DNA from: Eledone cirrhosa | Lineage: Eukaryota | Assembly (NCBI GenBank): GCA_964016885.1 | Contig: OZ024744.1 | Coordinates: 117,366,001 to 117,430,000, forward strand | Length of the DNA: 64,000 bases | Direction: 5' to 3' | Shown: positions 48,668-64,000 of the stretch, one piece after another | Numbering within the stretch: position 1 is the stretch's first letter | How the letters are laid out: each line of letters opens with the position of its first letter | Notes under the pieces: model-generated | Database searches by the model: none | The model's input: only the letters and a program-made list of their open reading frames with translations | What the model was told of the DNA's origin: nothing | Made by a program: the position numbers and the translations under genes

Positions 48668-51600
48668 TTGGAGGTCAATATTACACCTGTTATACTTTGG
48701 TAGTCAATATTACACCTGTTATACTTTGGAGGTCAATATTACACCTGTTTCACTTTGGTGGTCAATATTACACCTGTTATACTTTGGTGGTCAATATTAC
48801 ACCTGTTGTACTTTGGTGGTCAATATTACACCTGTTTCACTTTGGAGGTCAATATTACACCTGTTATACTTTGGTAGTCAATATTACACCTGTTATACTT
48901 TGGAGGTCAATATTACACCTGTTATACTTTGGTGGTCAATATTACACCTGTTATACTTTGGAGGTCAATATTACACCTGTTATACTTTGGTGGTCAATAT
49001 TACACCTGTTATACTTTGGTAGTCAATATTACACCTGTTATACTTTAGTGGTCAATATTACACCTGTTTCACTTTGGAGAACATTATTACACCTGTTATA
49101 CTTTGGAGGTCAATATTACACCTGTTATAGTTTGGAGGTCAATATTACACCTGTTTCATTTTGGAGGTCAATATTACACCTGTTATACTTTGGAGGTCAA
49201 TATTACACCTGTTATACTTTGGTGGTCAATATTACACCTGTTATACTTTGGTAGTCAATATTACACCTGTTATACTTTGGTGGTCAATATTACACCTGTT
49301 ATACTTTGGTGGTCAATATTACACCTGTTATACTTTGGTGGTCAATATTACACCTGTTATACTTTCGAGGTCAATATTACACCTGTTATACTTTGGTGGT
49401 GAATATTACACCTGTTTCACTTTGGAGGTCAATATTACACCTGTTATACTTTGGAGGTCAATATTACACCTGTTGTACTTTGGTGGTCAATATTACACCT
49501 GTTAAACTTTGGTGGTCAATATTACACCTGTTACACTTTGGAGGTCAATATTACACCTGTTATACTTTGGTGGTCAATATTACACCTGTTATACTTTGGT
49601 GGTCAATATTACACCTGTTATACTTTGGTGGTGAATATTACACCTGTTATACTTTGGTGGTCAATATTACACCTGTTTTACTTTGGTGGTCAATATTACA
49701 CCTGTTATACTTTGGTGGTCAATATTACACCTGTTATACTTTGGAGGTCAATATTACACCTGTTTCACTTTGGTGGTCAATATTACACCTGTGGTACTTT
49801 GGTGGTCAATATTACACCTGTTATACTTTGGTGGTCAATATTACACTTGTTATACTTTGGTGGTCAATATTACACCTGTTATACTTTGGAGGTCAATATT
49901 ACACCTGTTATAATTTGGTTATCAATATTACACCTGTTATATATGGCGGTCAATATTACACCTGTTATAGTTTGGAGGTCAATATTATACCTGTTATACT
50001 TTGGTAGTCAATATTACACCTGTTATACTTTGGAGGTCAATATTACATTTGTTATACTTTGGTGGCCAATATTACACCTGTTGTACTTTGGTGGTCAATA
50101 TTACACCTGTTATACTTTGGTGGTCAATATTACACCTGTTATACTTTGGTAGTCAATATTACACCTGTTATACTTTGGTGGTCAATATTACACCTGTTAT
50201 AGTTTGGAGGTCAATATTACACCTGTTATACTTTGGTGGTCAATATTAGACCTGTTTCACTTTGGTGGTCAATATTACACCTGTTTCACTTTGGTGGTCA
50301 ATATTACACCTGTTATACTTTGGAGGTCAATATTACACCTGTTATACTTTGGTAGTCAATATTACACCTGTTATACTTTGGAGGTCAATATTACACTTGT
50401 TATACTTTGGTGGCCAATATTACACCTGTTGTACTTTGGTGGTCAATATTACACCTGTTTCACTTTGGTGGTCAATATTACACCTGTTATACTTTGGTGG
50501 TCAATATTACACCTGTTATACTTTGGAGGTCAATATTACACCTGTTATACTTTGGTGGTCAATATTACACCTGTTTCACTTTGGTGGTCAATATTACACC
50601 TGTTATACTTTGGTAGTCAATATTACACCTGTTATACTTTGGTGGTCAATATTACACCTGTTATACTTTGGTGGCCAATATTACACCTGTTGTACTTTGG
50701 TGGTCAATATTACACCTGTTTCACTTTGGTGGTCAATATTACACCTGTTATACTTTGGTGGTCAATATTACACCTGTTATACTTTGGAGGGGAATATTAC
50801 ACTGGTTTCACTTTGGTGGTCAATATTACACCTGTTATACTTAGGAGGTCAATATTACACCTGTTATAGGTTGGAGGTCAATATTACACCTGTTATAATT
50901 TGGTGGTCAATATTACACCTGTTATACTTTGGTGGTCAATATTACACCTGTTATACGTTGGAGGTCAACATTACACCTGTTATACTTTGGAGGTCAATAT
51001 TACACCTGTTATACTTTGGTGGTCAATATTACACCTGTTATACTTTGGTAGTCAATATTACACCTGTTATACTTTGGTGGTCAATATTACACCTGTTATA
51101 CTTTGGTGGTCAATATTACACCTGTTATACTTTGGTGGTCAATATTACACCTGTTATACTTTGGTGGTCAATATTACACCTGTTATACTTTGGTGGTGAA
51201 TATTACACCTGTTATACTTTGGTGGTCAATATTACACCTGTTTTACTTTGGTGGTCAATATTACACCTGTTATACTTTGGTGGTCAATATTACACCTGTT
51301 ATACTTTGGAGGTCAATATTACACCTGTTTCACTTTGGTGGTCAATATTACACCTGTGGTACTTTGGTGGTCAATATTACACCTGTTATACTTTGGTGGT
51401 CAATATTACACTTGTTATACTTTGGTGGTCAATATTACACCTGTTATACTTTGGAGGTCAATATTACACCTGTTATAATTTGGTTATCAATATTTCACCT
51501 GTTATATATGGTGGTCAATATTACACCTGTTATACTTTGGTGGTCAATATTACACCTGTTATACTTTGGTAGTCAATATTACACCTGTTATACTTTGGTG

Positions 51601-54600
51601 GTCAATATTACACCTGTTATACTTTGGAGGTCAATATTACACCTGTTATACTTTGGTGGTCAATATTAGACCTGTTTCACTTTGGTGGTCAATATTACAC
51701 CTGTTTCACTTTGGTGGTCAATATTACACCTGTTATACTTTGGTGGTCAATATTACACCTGTTATACTTTGGAGGGGAATATTACACTGGTTTCACTTTG
51801 GTGGTCAATATTACACCTGTTATACTTTGGAGGTCAATATTACACCTGTTATACGTTGGAGGTCAATATTACACCTGTTATAATTTGGTGGTCAATATTA
51901 CACCTGTTATACTTTGGTGGTCAATATTACACCTGTTATACGTTGGAGGTCACCATTACACCTGTTATACTTTGGTGGTCAATATTACACCTGTTATAAT
52001 TTGGTGGTCAATATTACACCTGTTACACTTTGGTGGTCAATATTACACCTGTTTCACTTTGGTGGTCAATATTACACCTGTTATAATTTGGAGGTCAATA
52101 TTACACCTGTTATACTTTGGTGGTCAATATTACACCTGTTTTACTTTGGAGGTCAATATTACACCTGTTATACTTTGGTGGTCAATATTACACCTGTTAT
52201 ACTTTGGTGGTCAACATTACACCTGTTATACTTTGGTGGTCAATATTACACCTGTTATACTTTGGTGGTCAACATTACACCTGTTATACTTTGGTGGTCA
52301 ATATTACACCTGTTATACTTTGGTGGTCAATATTACACCTGTTATACTTTGGTGGTCAATATTACACCTGTTATACTTTGGAGGTCAATATTACACCTGT
52401 TATACGTTGGAGGTTAATATTACACCTGTTGTACTTTGGTGGTGAATATTACACCTGTTATACTTTGGAGGTCAATATTACACCTGTTATACTTTGGTGG
52501 TGAATATTACACCTGTTATACTTTGGTGGTCAATATTACACCTGTTATACTTTGGAGGTCAATATTACACCTGTTATACTTTGGTGGTCAATATTACACC
52601 TGTTATACTTTGGTGGTCAATATTACACCTGTTATACTTTGGTGGTCAATATTACACCTGTTTCACTTTGGTGGTCAATATTACACCTGTTATACTTTGG
52701 TGGTCAATATTACACCTCTTATACTTTGGAGGTCAATATTACACCTGTTATACTTTGGAGGTCAATATTACACCTGTTATACTTTGGAGGTCAATATTAC
52801 ACCTGTTATACTTTGGAGGTCAATATTACACCTGTTATACTTTGGAGGTCAATATTACACCTGTTATACTTTGGAGGTCAATATTACACCTGTTATACTT
52901 TGGAAGTTAATATTACACCTGTTATACTTTGGTGGTCAATATTACACCTGTTATACTTTGGTGGTCAATATTACACCTATTATACTTTGGTGGTCAATAT
53001 TACACCTGATGTACTTTGGTGGTCAATATTACACCTGTTATACTTTGGTGGTCAATATTACACCTGTTTCACTTTGGTGGTCAATATTACACCTATTATA
53101 CTTTGGAGGTCAATATTACACCTGTTATACTTTGGTGGTCAATAATACACCTGTTTCGCTTTGGTGGTCAATATTACACCTGTTATAATTTGGTGGTTAA
53201 CATTACACCTGTTATAATTTGGAGGTCAATATTACACCTGTTTCACTTTGGAGATCAATATTACACCTGTTATACTTTGGTGGTTAATATTACACCTGTT
53301 ATACTTTGGTGGTCAATATTACACCTGTTTCACTTTGGTGGTCAATATTACACCTGTCATACTTTGGTGGTCAATATTACACCTGTTATACTTTGGTGGT
53401 CAATATTACACCTGTTATACTTTGGAGGTCAATATTACACCTGTTATAATTTGGTTGTCAATATTACACCTGTTTCACTTTGGAGGTCAATATTACACCT
53501 GTTATACTTTGGTGGTCAATATTACACCTGTTATTCTTTGGTGGTCAATATTACACCTGTTATACTTTGGTGGTCAATATTACACCTATTATACTTTGGT
53601 GGTGAATATTACACCTGTTGTACTTTGGTGGTCAATATTACACCTGTTATACTTTGGTGGTCAATATTACACCTGTTTCACTTTGGTGGTCAATATTAGA
53701 CCTGTTATATTTTGGTGGTCAATATTACACCTGTTATTCTTTGGTGGTCAATATTACACCTGTTATAATTTGGAGGTCAATATTACACCTGTTTCACTTT
53801 GGAGATCAATATTACACCTGTTATACTTTGGTGGTTAATATTACACCTGTTATACTTTAGTGGTCAATATTACACCAGTTTCACTTTGGTGGTCAATATT
53901 ACACCTGTTATACTTTGGTGGTCAATATTACACCTGTTGTACTTTGGTGGTCAATATTACACCTGTTATACTTTGGTGGTCAATATTACACCTGTTTCAC
54001 TTTGGTGGTCAATATTACACCTGTTTCACTTTGGTAGTCAATATTACACCTGTTTCACTTTGGTAGTTAATATTACACCTGTTTCACTTTGGTGGTCAAT
54101 ATTACACCTGTTATACTTTGGTCAATATTACACCTGTTATACTTTGGTGGTCAATATTACACCTGTTACACTTTGGTGGTCAATATTACACTTGTTTCAC
54201 TTTGGTAGTTAATATTACACCTGTTTTACTTTGGTGGTCAATATTACACCTGTTTCACTTTGGTGGTCAATATTACACCTGTTATACTTTGGTGGTCAAT
54301 ATTATACCTGTTTCACTTTGGTGGTCAATATTACACTTGTTATACTTTGGTGGTCAATATTACACCTGTTTCACTTTGGTGGTCAATATTACACCTGTTA
54401 TACTTTGGTGGTCAATATTACACCTGTTATACTTTGGTGGTCAATATTACACCTGTTATACTTTGGTGGTCAATATTATACCTGTTTCACTTTGGTGGTC
54501 AATATTACACTTGTTATACTTTGGTGGTCAATATTACACCTGTTTCACTTTGGTGGTCAATATTACACCTGTTATACTTTGGTGGTCAATATTACACCTG

Positions 54601-57600
54601 TTATACTTTGGTGGTCAATATTACACCTGTTTCACTTTGGTGGTCAATATTGCACCTGTTATACTTTGGTGGTCAATATTACACCTGTTATACTTTGGTG
54701 GTCAATATTACACTTGTTATACTTTGGTGGTCAATATTACACCTGTTTCACTTTGGTGGTCAATATTACACCTGTTATACTTTGGTGGTCAATATTACAC
54801 CTGTTATACTTTGGTGGTCAATATTACACCTGTTTCACTTTGGTGGTCAATATTACACCTGTTATACTTTGGAGGTGAATATTACACCTGTTATACTTTG
54901 GTGGTCAATATTACACCTGTTATACTTTGGTGGTCAATATTACACCTGTTTCTCTTTGGAGATCAATATTACACCTGTTATACTTTGGTGGTCAATATTA
55001 CACTGGTTATACTTTGGAGGTCAATATTACACCTGTTGTACTTTGGAGGTCAATATTACACTTGTTGTACTTTGGAGGTCAATATTACACCTGTTATACT
55101 TTGGTGGTCAATATTACACCTGTTGTACTTTGGTGGTCAATATTACACCTGTTATACTTTGGTGGTCAATATTACACCTGTTACACTTTGGAGGTCAATA
55201 TTACACCTGTTTCACTTTGGAGGTCAATATTACATCTGTTTCACTTTGGTGGTCAATATTACACCTGTTATACTTTGGTGGTCAATATTACACCTGTTAC
55301 ACTTTGGTGGTCAATATTACACCTGTTTCACTTTGGTAGTCAATATTACACCTGTTATACTTTGGTGGTCAATATTACACCTGTTATACTTTGGTGGTCA
55401 ATATTACACCTGTTATACTTTGGTGGTCAATATTACACTGGTTTCACTTTGGTGGTTAATATTACACCTGTTTCACTTTGGTAGTCAATATTACACCTGT
55501 TTCACTTTGGTAGTCAATATTACACCTGTTATACTTTGGTGGTCAATATTACACCTGTTATACTTTGGTGGTCAATATTACACCTGTTACACTTTGGTGG
55601 TCAATATTACACCTGTTATACTTTGGAGGTCAATATTATACCTGTTATACTTTGGTGGTCAATATTACACCTGTTACACTTTGGTGGTCAATATTACACC
55701 TGTTTCACTTTGGTAGTCAATATTACACCTGTTATACTTTGGTGGTCAATATTACACCTGTTTCACTTTGGTGGTCAATATTACACCTGTTATACTTTGG
55801 TGGTCAATATTACACCTGTTATACTTTGGTGGTCAATATTACACCTGTTACACTTTGGAGGTCAATATTACACCTGTTTCACTTTGGAGGTCAATATTAC
55901 ACCTGTTTCACTTTGGTGGTCAATATTACACCTGTTATACTTTGGTGGTCAATATTACACCTGTTACACTTTGGTGGTCAATATTACACCTGTTTCACTT
56001 TGGTAGTCAATATTACACCTGTTATACTTTGGTGGTCAATATTACACCTGTTATACTTTGGAGGTCAATATTACACCTGTTTCACTTTGGTGGTCAATAT
56101 TACACCTGTTTCACTTTGGAGGTCAATATTACACCTGTTTCACTTTGGAGGTCAATATTACACCTGTTTCACTTTGGTGGTCAATATTACACCTGTTATA
56201 CTTTGGTGGTCAATATTACACCTGTTACACTTTGGTGGTCAATATTACACCTGTTTCACTTTGGTGGTCAATATTACACCTGTTATACTTTGGTGGTCAA
56301 TATTACACCTGTTACACTTTGGTGGTCAATATTACACCTGTTTCACTTTGGTGGTCAATATTACACCTGTTATACTTTGGTGGTCAATATTACACCTGTT
56401 ACACTTTGGTGGTCAATATTACACCTGTTTCACTTTGGTAGTCAATATTACACCTGTTATACTTTGGTGGTCAATATTACACCTGTTATACTTTGGTGGT
56501 CAATATTACACCTGTTATACTTTGGAGGTCAATATTACACCTGTTTCACTTTGGTGGTCAATATTACACCTGTTTCACTTTGGAGGTCAATATTACACCT
56601 GTTTCACTTTGGAGGTCAATATTACACCTGTTTCACTTTGGTGGTCAATATTACACCTGTTATACTTTGGTGGTCAATATTACACCTGTTATACTTTGGT
56701 GGTCAATATTACACCTGTTATACTTTGGTGGTCAATATTACACTGGTTTCACTTTGGTGGTTAATATTACACCTGTTTCACTTTGGTAGTCAATATTACA
56801 CCTGTTTCACTTTGGTAGTCAATATTACACCTGTTATACTTTGGTGGTCAATATTACACCTGTTATACTTTGGTGGTCAATATTACACCTGTTACACTTT
56901 GGTGGTCAATATTACACCTGTTATACTTTGGAGGTCAATATTATACCTGTTATACTTTGGTGGTCAATATTACACCTGTTACACTTTGGTGGTCAATATT
57001 ACACCTGTTTCACTTTGGTAGTCAATATTACACCTGTTATACTTTGGTGGTCAATATTACACCTGTTTCACTTTGGTGGTCAATATTACACCTGTTATAC
57101 TTTGGTGGTCAATATTACACCTGTTATACTTTGGTGGTCAATATTACACCTGTTACACTTTGGAGGTCAATATTACACCTGTTTCACTTTGGAGGTCAAT
57201 ATTACACCTGTTTCACTTTGGTGGTCAATATTACACCTGTTATACTTTGGTGGTCAATATTACACCTGTTACACTTTGGTGGTCAATATTACACCTGTTT
57301 CACTTTGGTAGTCAATATTACACCTGTTATACTTTGGTGGTCAATATTACACCTGTTATACTTTGGAGGTCAATATTACACCTGTTTCACTTTGGTGGTC
57401 AATATTACACCTGTTTCACTTTGGAGGTCAATATTACACCTGTTTCACTTTGGAGGTCAATATTACACCTGTTTCACTTTGGTGGTCAATATTACACCTG
57501 TTATACTTTGGTGGTCAATATTACACCTGTTACACTTTGGTGGTCAATATTACACCTGTTTCACTTTGGTGGTCAATATTACACCTGTTATACTTTGGTG

Positions 57601-60351
57601 GTCAATATTACACCTGTTACACTTTGGTGGTCAATATTACACCTGTTTCACTTTGGTGGTCAATATTACACCTGTTATACTTTGGTGGTCAATATTACAC
57701 CTGTTACACTTTGGTGGTCAATATTACACCTGTTTCACTTTGGTAGTCAATATTACACCTGTTATACTTTGGTGGTCAATATTACACCTGTTATACTTTG
57801 GTGGTCAATATTACACCTGTTATACTTTGGAGGTCAATATTACACCTGTTTCACTTTGGTGGTCAATATTACACCTGTTTCACTTTGGAGGTCAATATTA
57901 CACCTGTTTCACTTTGGAGGTCAATATTACACCTGTTTCACTTTGGTGGTCAATATTACACCTGTTATACTTTGGTGGTCAATATTACACCTGTTTTACT
58001 TTGGTGGTCAATATTACACCTGTTTCACTTTGGTGGTCAATATTACACCTGTTATACTTTGGTGGTCAATATTACACCTGTTATACTTTGGTGGTCAATA
58101 TTACACCTGTTGTACTTTGGTGGTCAATATTACACCTGTTATACTTTGGTGGTCAATATTACACCTGTTATACTTTGGTAGTCAATATTACACCTGTTTC
58201 ATTTTGGTGGTCAATATTACACCTGTTTCACTTTGGTGGTCAATATTACACCTGTTATACTTTGGAGGTCAATATTACACCTGTTTCACTTTGGTGGTCA
58301 ATATTACACCTGTTATACTTTGGTGGTCAATATTACACCTGTTACACTTTGGTGGTCAATATTACACCTGTTTCACTTTGGTAGTCAATATTACACCTGT
58401 TTCACTTTGGTGGTCAATATTACACCTGTTTCACTTTGGTGGTCAATATTACACCTGTTATATTTGGTGGTCAATATTACACCTGTTATACTTTAGTGGT
58501 CAATATTACACCTGTTATAATTTGGTGGTCAATATTACACCTGTTATACTTTGGTGGTCAATATTACACCTGTTGTACTTTGGTTGTCAATATTACACCT
58601 GTTATACTTTGGTGGTCAATATTACACCTGTTATACTTTGGAGGTCAATATTACACCTGTTGTACTTTGGAGGTGAATATTACACCTGTTATACTTTGGT
58701 GGTCAATATTACACTTGTTATACTTTGGTGGTCAATATTACACCTGTTTCACTTTGGTGGTCAATATTACACCTGTTATACTTTGGTGGTCAATATTACA
58801 CCTGTTATACTTTGGTGGTCAATATTACACCTGTTATACTTTGGTGGTCAATATTACACCTGTTTCACTTTGGTGGTCAATATTACACCTGTTATACTTT
58901 GGTGGTCAATATTACACCTGTTATACTTTGGTGGTCAATATTACACCGGTTATACTTTGGAGGTCAATATTACACCTGTTGTACTTTGGAGGTCAATATT
59001 ACACCTCTTGTACTTTGGAGGTCAAAATTACACCTGTTTCACTTTGGTGGTCAATATTACACCTGTTATACTTTGGTGGTCAATATTACACCTGTTATAC
59101 TTTGGAGGTCAATATTACACCTGTTTCACTTTGGTGGTCAATATTACACCTGTTATACTTTGGTGGTCAATATTACACCTGTTATACTTTGGAGGTCAAT
59201 ATTACACCTGTTTCACTTTGGAGTTCAATATTACACCTGTTTCACTTTGGTGGTCAATATTACACCTGTTATACTTTGGTGGTCAATATTACACCTGTTA
59301 CACTTTGGTGGTCAATATTACCCCTGTTATACTTTGGTAGTCAATATTACACCTGTTATACTTTGGTGGTCAATATTACACCTGTTATACTTTGGTGGTC
59401 AATATTACACCTGTTATACTTTGGTGGTCAATATTACACTGGTTTCACTTTGGTGGTCAATATTACACCTGTTTCACTTTGGTAGTCAATATTACACCTG
59501 TTATACTTTGGTGGTCAATATTACACCTGTTATACTTTGGTGGTCAATATTACACCTGTTATACTTTGGTGGTCAATATTACACCTGTTACACTTTGGTG
59601 GTCAATATTACACCTGTTATACTTTGGAGGTCAATATTATACCTGTTTCACTTTGGTGGTCAATATTACACCTGTTATACTTTGGTGGTCAATATTACAC
59701 CTGTTTCACTTTGGTAGTCAATATTACACCTGTTTCACTTTGGTGGTCAATATTACAGCTGTTATACTTTGGAGGTCAATATTATACCTGTTTCACTTTG
59801 GTGGTCAATATTACACCTGTTACACTTTGGAGGTCAATATTACACCTGTTATACTTTGGTGGTCAATATTACACCTGTTATACTTTGGTGGTCAATATTA
59901 CACCTGTTTCACTTTGGTAGTCAATATTACACCTGTTTCACTTTGGTGGTCAATATTACACCTGTTTCTCTTTGGTGGTCAATATTACACCTGTTTCACT
60001 TTGGTGGTCAATATTACACCTGTTTCACTTTGGTGGTCAATATTACACCTGTTACACTTTGGTGGTCAATATTACACCTGTTATACTTTGGTGGTCAATA
60101 TTACACCTGTTTCACTTTGGTGGTCAATATTACAGCTGTTATACTTTGGTGGTCAATATTACACCTGTTTCACTTTGGTGGTCAATATTACACCTGTTTC
60201 TCTTTGGTTGTCAATATTACACCTGTTTCACTTTGGTGGTCAATATTACACCTGTTTCACTTTGGTGGTCAATATTACACCTGTTACACTTTGGTGGTCA
60301 ATATTACACCTGTTATACTTTGGTGGTCAATATTACACCTGTTTCACTTTC
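48668..60351. repeat. 29-bp satellite, ~11.7 kb (~400 copies)
   Basis: Unit tttggtggtcaatattacacctgttatac with ttcac/gga/gta variants. It is the source of all the VVNITPVILWWSILHLLYFGGQYYTC ORFs. Confidence 0.97.
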
Positions 60352-60832
60352 AATGTGAAATTCATTTTTCCTGTTGTTTTTGCTGTGTTTTGAATGAATA
60401 TGGCCTTCAAAATGGTCTGAAATTGGTAAAAGTCATTATGTTGTGAAACCATGTTCTAAATGGCAGTTAAAACATTTTAATTATCAAAATATTAAAACTT
60501 CATAAATATATTCTCCTCTCGTGAGAATTTCAAAACATCATTTAAACATAATGTGTTTATCACCTGCCTCAACTTATAAACGGGGTTTGGATCTTTGCCT
60601 ATTTCTCAGACATGGTGGTTGTGGGGGGGGGGGAGGGGGGGCGGGGGGGGTCATGATGCACATGATGGTGGGGGAGTGGGAGTGATGGTGGCGGCGGCGA
60701 TGATGATGATGATGATAAGAGTGTTACGGTTTTACTGGTTTCTATCATAGAACTATAACATGCTGGGACACCACCTTTATCAATTATATCAACCACAGGA
60801 GATATTTTCTATTATCCTGTGGGGCCCTGTGT

Positions 60833-62831
60833 CTGTGAGAGTCCTGACAACCTCCATCTGTGGGACTCTGTGAGAGTCCTGACACTTCCATCTGTGGGAC
60901 TCTGTGAGAGTCCTGACAACCTCCATCTGTGGGGCTCTGTGAGAGTCCTGACACTTCCATCTGTGGGACTCTGTGAGAGTCCTGACACTTCCATCTGTGG
61001 GACTCTGTAAGAGTCCTGACACTTCCATCTGTGGGGCTCTGTGAGAGTCCTGACACTTCCATCTGTGGGGCTCTGTGAGAGTCCTGACACTTCCATCTGT
61101 GGGACTCTGTGAGAGTCCTGACACTTCCATCTGTGGGACTCTGTAAGAGTCCTGACACTTCCATCTATGGGACTCTGTAAGAGTCCTGACACTTCCATCT
61201 ATGGAGCTCTGTGAGAGTCCTGACACTTCCATCTATGGGGCTCTGTGAGAGTCCTGACACTTCCATCTGTGGGACTCTGTAAGAGTCCTGACACTTCCAT
61301 CTATGGGGCTCTGTAAGAGTCCTGACACTTCCATCTATGGAGCTCTGTAAGAGTCCTGACACTTCCATCTATGGGGCTCTGTGAGAGTCCTGACACTTCC
61401 ATCTATGGAGCTCTGTGAGAGTCCTGACACTTCCATCTATGGAGCTCTGTGAGAGTCCTGACACTTCCATCTGTGGGGCTCTGTGAGAGTCCTGACAACC
61501 TCCATCTGTGGGACTCTGTGAGAGTCCTGACACTTCCATCTGTGGGACTCTGTGAGAGTCCTGACACTTCCATCTATGGGGCTCTGTGAGAGTCCTGACA
61601 CTTCCATCTGTGGAGCTCTGTGAGAGTCCTGACAACCTCCATCTGTGGGGCTCTGTGAGAGTCCTGACACTTCCATCTGTGGGACTCTGTAAGAGTCCTG
61701 ACACTTCCATCTATGGGACTCTGTGAGAGTCCTGACACTTCCATCTGTGGGGCTCTGTGAGAGTCCTGACACTTCCATCTGTGGGGCTCTGTGAGAGTCC
61801 TGACAACCTCCATCTGTGGGGCTCTGTGAGAGTCCTGACACTTCCATCTATGGGGCTCTGTGAGAGTCCTGACACTTCCATCTGTGGGACTCTGTAAGAG
61901 TCCTGACACTTCCATCTATGGGACTCTGTGAGAGTCCTGACACTTCCATCTGTGGGGCTCTGTGAGAGTCCTGACACTTCCATCTGTGGGGCTCTGTGAG
62001 AGTCCTGACAACCTCCATCTGTGGGGCTCTGTGAGAGTCCTGACACTTCCATCTATGGAGCTCTGTGAGAGTCCTGACACTTCCATCTATGGGGCTCTGT
62101 GAGAGTCCTGACACTTCCATCTGTGGGGCTCTGTGAGAGTCCTGACACTTCCATCTGTGGGACTCTGTAAGAGTCCTGACACTTCCATCTATGGGGCTCT
62201 GTGAGAGTCCTGACACTTCCATCTATGGAGCTCTGTGAGAGTCCTGACACTTCCATCTATGGGGCTCTGTAAGAGTCCTGATACTTCCATCTATGGGGCT
62301 CTGTGAGAGTCCTGACACTTCCATCTGTGGGGCTCTGTGAGAGTCCTGACACTTCCATCTATGGGGCTCTGTGAGAGTCCTGACAACCTCCATCTGTGGA
62401 GCTCTGTGAGAGTCCTGACACTTCCATCTGTGGGACTCTGTGAGAGTCCTGACAACCTCCATCTGTGGAGCTCTGTGAGAGTCCTGACACTTCCATCTGT
62501 GGAGCTCTGTGAGAGTCCTGACACTTCCATCTGTGGGACTCTGTGAGAGTCCTGACACTTCCATCTGTGGGGCTCTGTGAGAGTCCTGACACTTCCATCT
62601 ATGGGGCTCTGTGAGAGTCCTGACACTTCCATCTGTGGGGCTCTGTGAGAGTCCTGACACTTCCATCTGTGGGGCTCTGTGAGAGTCCTGACACTTCCAT
62701 CTATGGAGCTCTGTGAGAGTCCTGACACTTCCATCTATGGAGCTCTGTGAGAGTCCTGACACTTCCATCTGTGGGGCTCTGTAAGAGTCCTGACAACCTC
62801 CATCTGTGGGGCTCTGTGAGAGTCCTGACAA
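60833..62831. repeat. 34/35-bp tandem repeat (~58 copies)
   Basis: Unit ctgtgagagtcctgacacttccatctgtggggct, with a periodic 35-bp caacctcc variant. Confidence 0.96.
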
Positions 62832-62906
62832 GTCATCAAGTATTTCTGTTAATAGAAAACATGTAAAATATGAACCAATTAAGTAGAGGGTGGGGGTGGA
62901 ACTATA

Positions 62907-63105
62907 CAAGGGTTTGTTGAAAAGTTCATTGGCTGACCAAGATACTCTCATGGAATGACCAAATGAGGTTTGCTTTTCAACATAGTTCCTGGAAAGAAAC
63001 AATACAGTTATCAATAAGGAGAGTTTAAATTAATGATATGTAAGATTTCACAGCTCTAGCATCACTCCTTCATAGTCAGCTTATGATCTTTTCAGCTGAC
63101 CCTCA
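62907..63105. mobile_element. Degenerate mariner-type MITE
   Basis: TA-caagggtttgttgaaaagttca ... tgatcttttcagctgaccctca-TA, imperfect TIRs. Confidence 0.55.
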
Positions 63106-63537
63106 TAGATATCATCTGACATCAATTTCCCTCTAAATTTGAGACGTTTTGTGATGCATTAATTTCAATAACAGCCAAACATTGCATATTAAATCATGCG
63201 AAACCATTTTGCTGGTTTGAGAGCTGATGAGGGTGAAGATGTGTATGTAAACATGTCTTGTACATCACCTTTCTTTATTTCATTCTTACAGTCACTTCCG
63301 TGTGTCAACACACTTCTCCTTGTCCTCCTTTTCTCAATTTTTTCTATATTTCATCTTGTGGATTTTCTCTCTGCTGACCACTGACCTCTGTCCTCTGAAG
63401 CATGTTTGCCCATTGCTGTCGTTGACAGAATTTGACTGTTTTAACAGCTGTTCTGGCGATGAGTTTTTATACGAATTCAAACATCACACTCTTTTATCAA
63501 CTTTACCTCTAAATTTTTTTTTATTTCTCTCTTTCAG

Positions 63538-63639
63538 GAAGGGTTAAAGGTCAGCATTATGAAAAAACTTGATGTCCTTTGTGAGGCCAAACAAAGTGTA
63601 GAAAGAGAAATTCTGGAAATCAACTGTTTGGGAGAAAAG
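63538..63639 (+). CDS. Shroom: Shroom-family protein, ASD2 coiled-coil exon
   Basis: tttctctctttcag acceptor, phase 0. Translation EGLKVSIMKKLDVLCEAKQSVEREILEINCLGEK resembles the Shroom3 SD2 segment ELIGSLTHKLETLQEAKGSLLTDIKLNNALGEE (recalled from memory). GT donor at 63640. Confidence 0.88.
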
Positions 63640-64000
63640 GTTTGTTTTTTTATATTTTAGAAATTGACTTTTTTATATGCAATGTTTGTGCATCCATTCC
63701 ATGCCTCCCAGGACAGGTCGCAGGCCCTGCTACAGTATTTTTTTAACAGGCCTCTCTACCTAAGGCCAGAATGTGTCCCATGTCAACCTGCTCAAACGAT
63801 GATGGGGTATGATTCTATTTCTTATCTCTCACCATCTTGTAGTTGGTTCTTATTCATTCCAGTCATCAATCTGATACTTTCTCAAACCCATGAAGACTCG
63901 GCTTATTTGGAGGTGGCCATAGCTACATCACTGAGTTGAGCAAGATGGTTGGATAACATCCATGAGCTCAGGTGGTCTCAGGAATGAATCACTGGACAGA

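Noticed and set aside
48634-60446. Dozens of long hydrophobic ORFs (up to 755 aa)
   Set aside because: They are translations of a stop-poor 29-bp satellite cycling through all three frames, within a Shroom intron.
63900-64000. Possible RTE remnant (RWLDNIHELRWS)
   Set aside because: Too short and cut by the window edge to support a call.

Overview
AT-rich, repeat-saturated animal genomic DNA; the SINE, MITE and microsatellite landscape resembles a coleoid cephalopod such as Octopus (inference). The only host gene I can support is a Shroom-family gene on the + strand. Three phase-compatible exons (34901-35814, 47849-47951, 63538-63639) encode a proline-rich region and the start of the ASD2/SD2 Rho-kinase-binding domain. 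The first exon begins at a splice acceptor, so much of the upstream sequence is probably intron. The rest consists of about 14 tandem arrays (19-100 bp units, up to 11.7 kb), tRNA-derived SINEs, a dead DD37D (maT) Tc1/mariner element, MITEs, CR1 and RTE remnants, and Penelope-like (PLE) GIY-YIG remnants. Nearly all long ORFs in the supplied track are translations of tandem repeats. The most interesting signal is a cluster of (TA)n-embedded, largely non-coding fold-back elements from several distinct families. They carry hammerhead-ribozyme motifs on both arms, show stem covariation between copies, and share a downstream ATTGAG-type motif. A second theme is that many satellites were visibly seeded from pieces of transposons present in the same window. 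All structures were read by eye; no searches were run.
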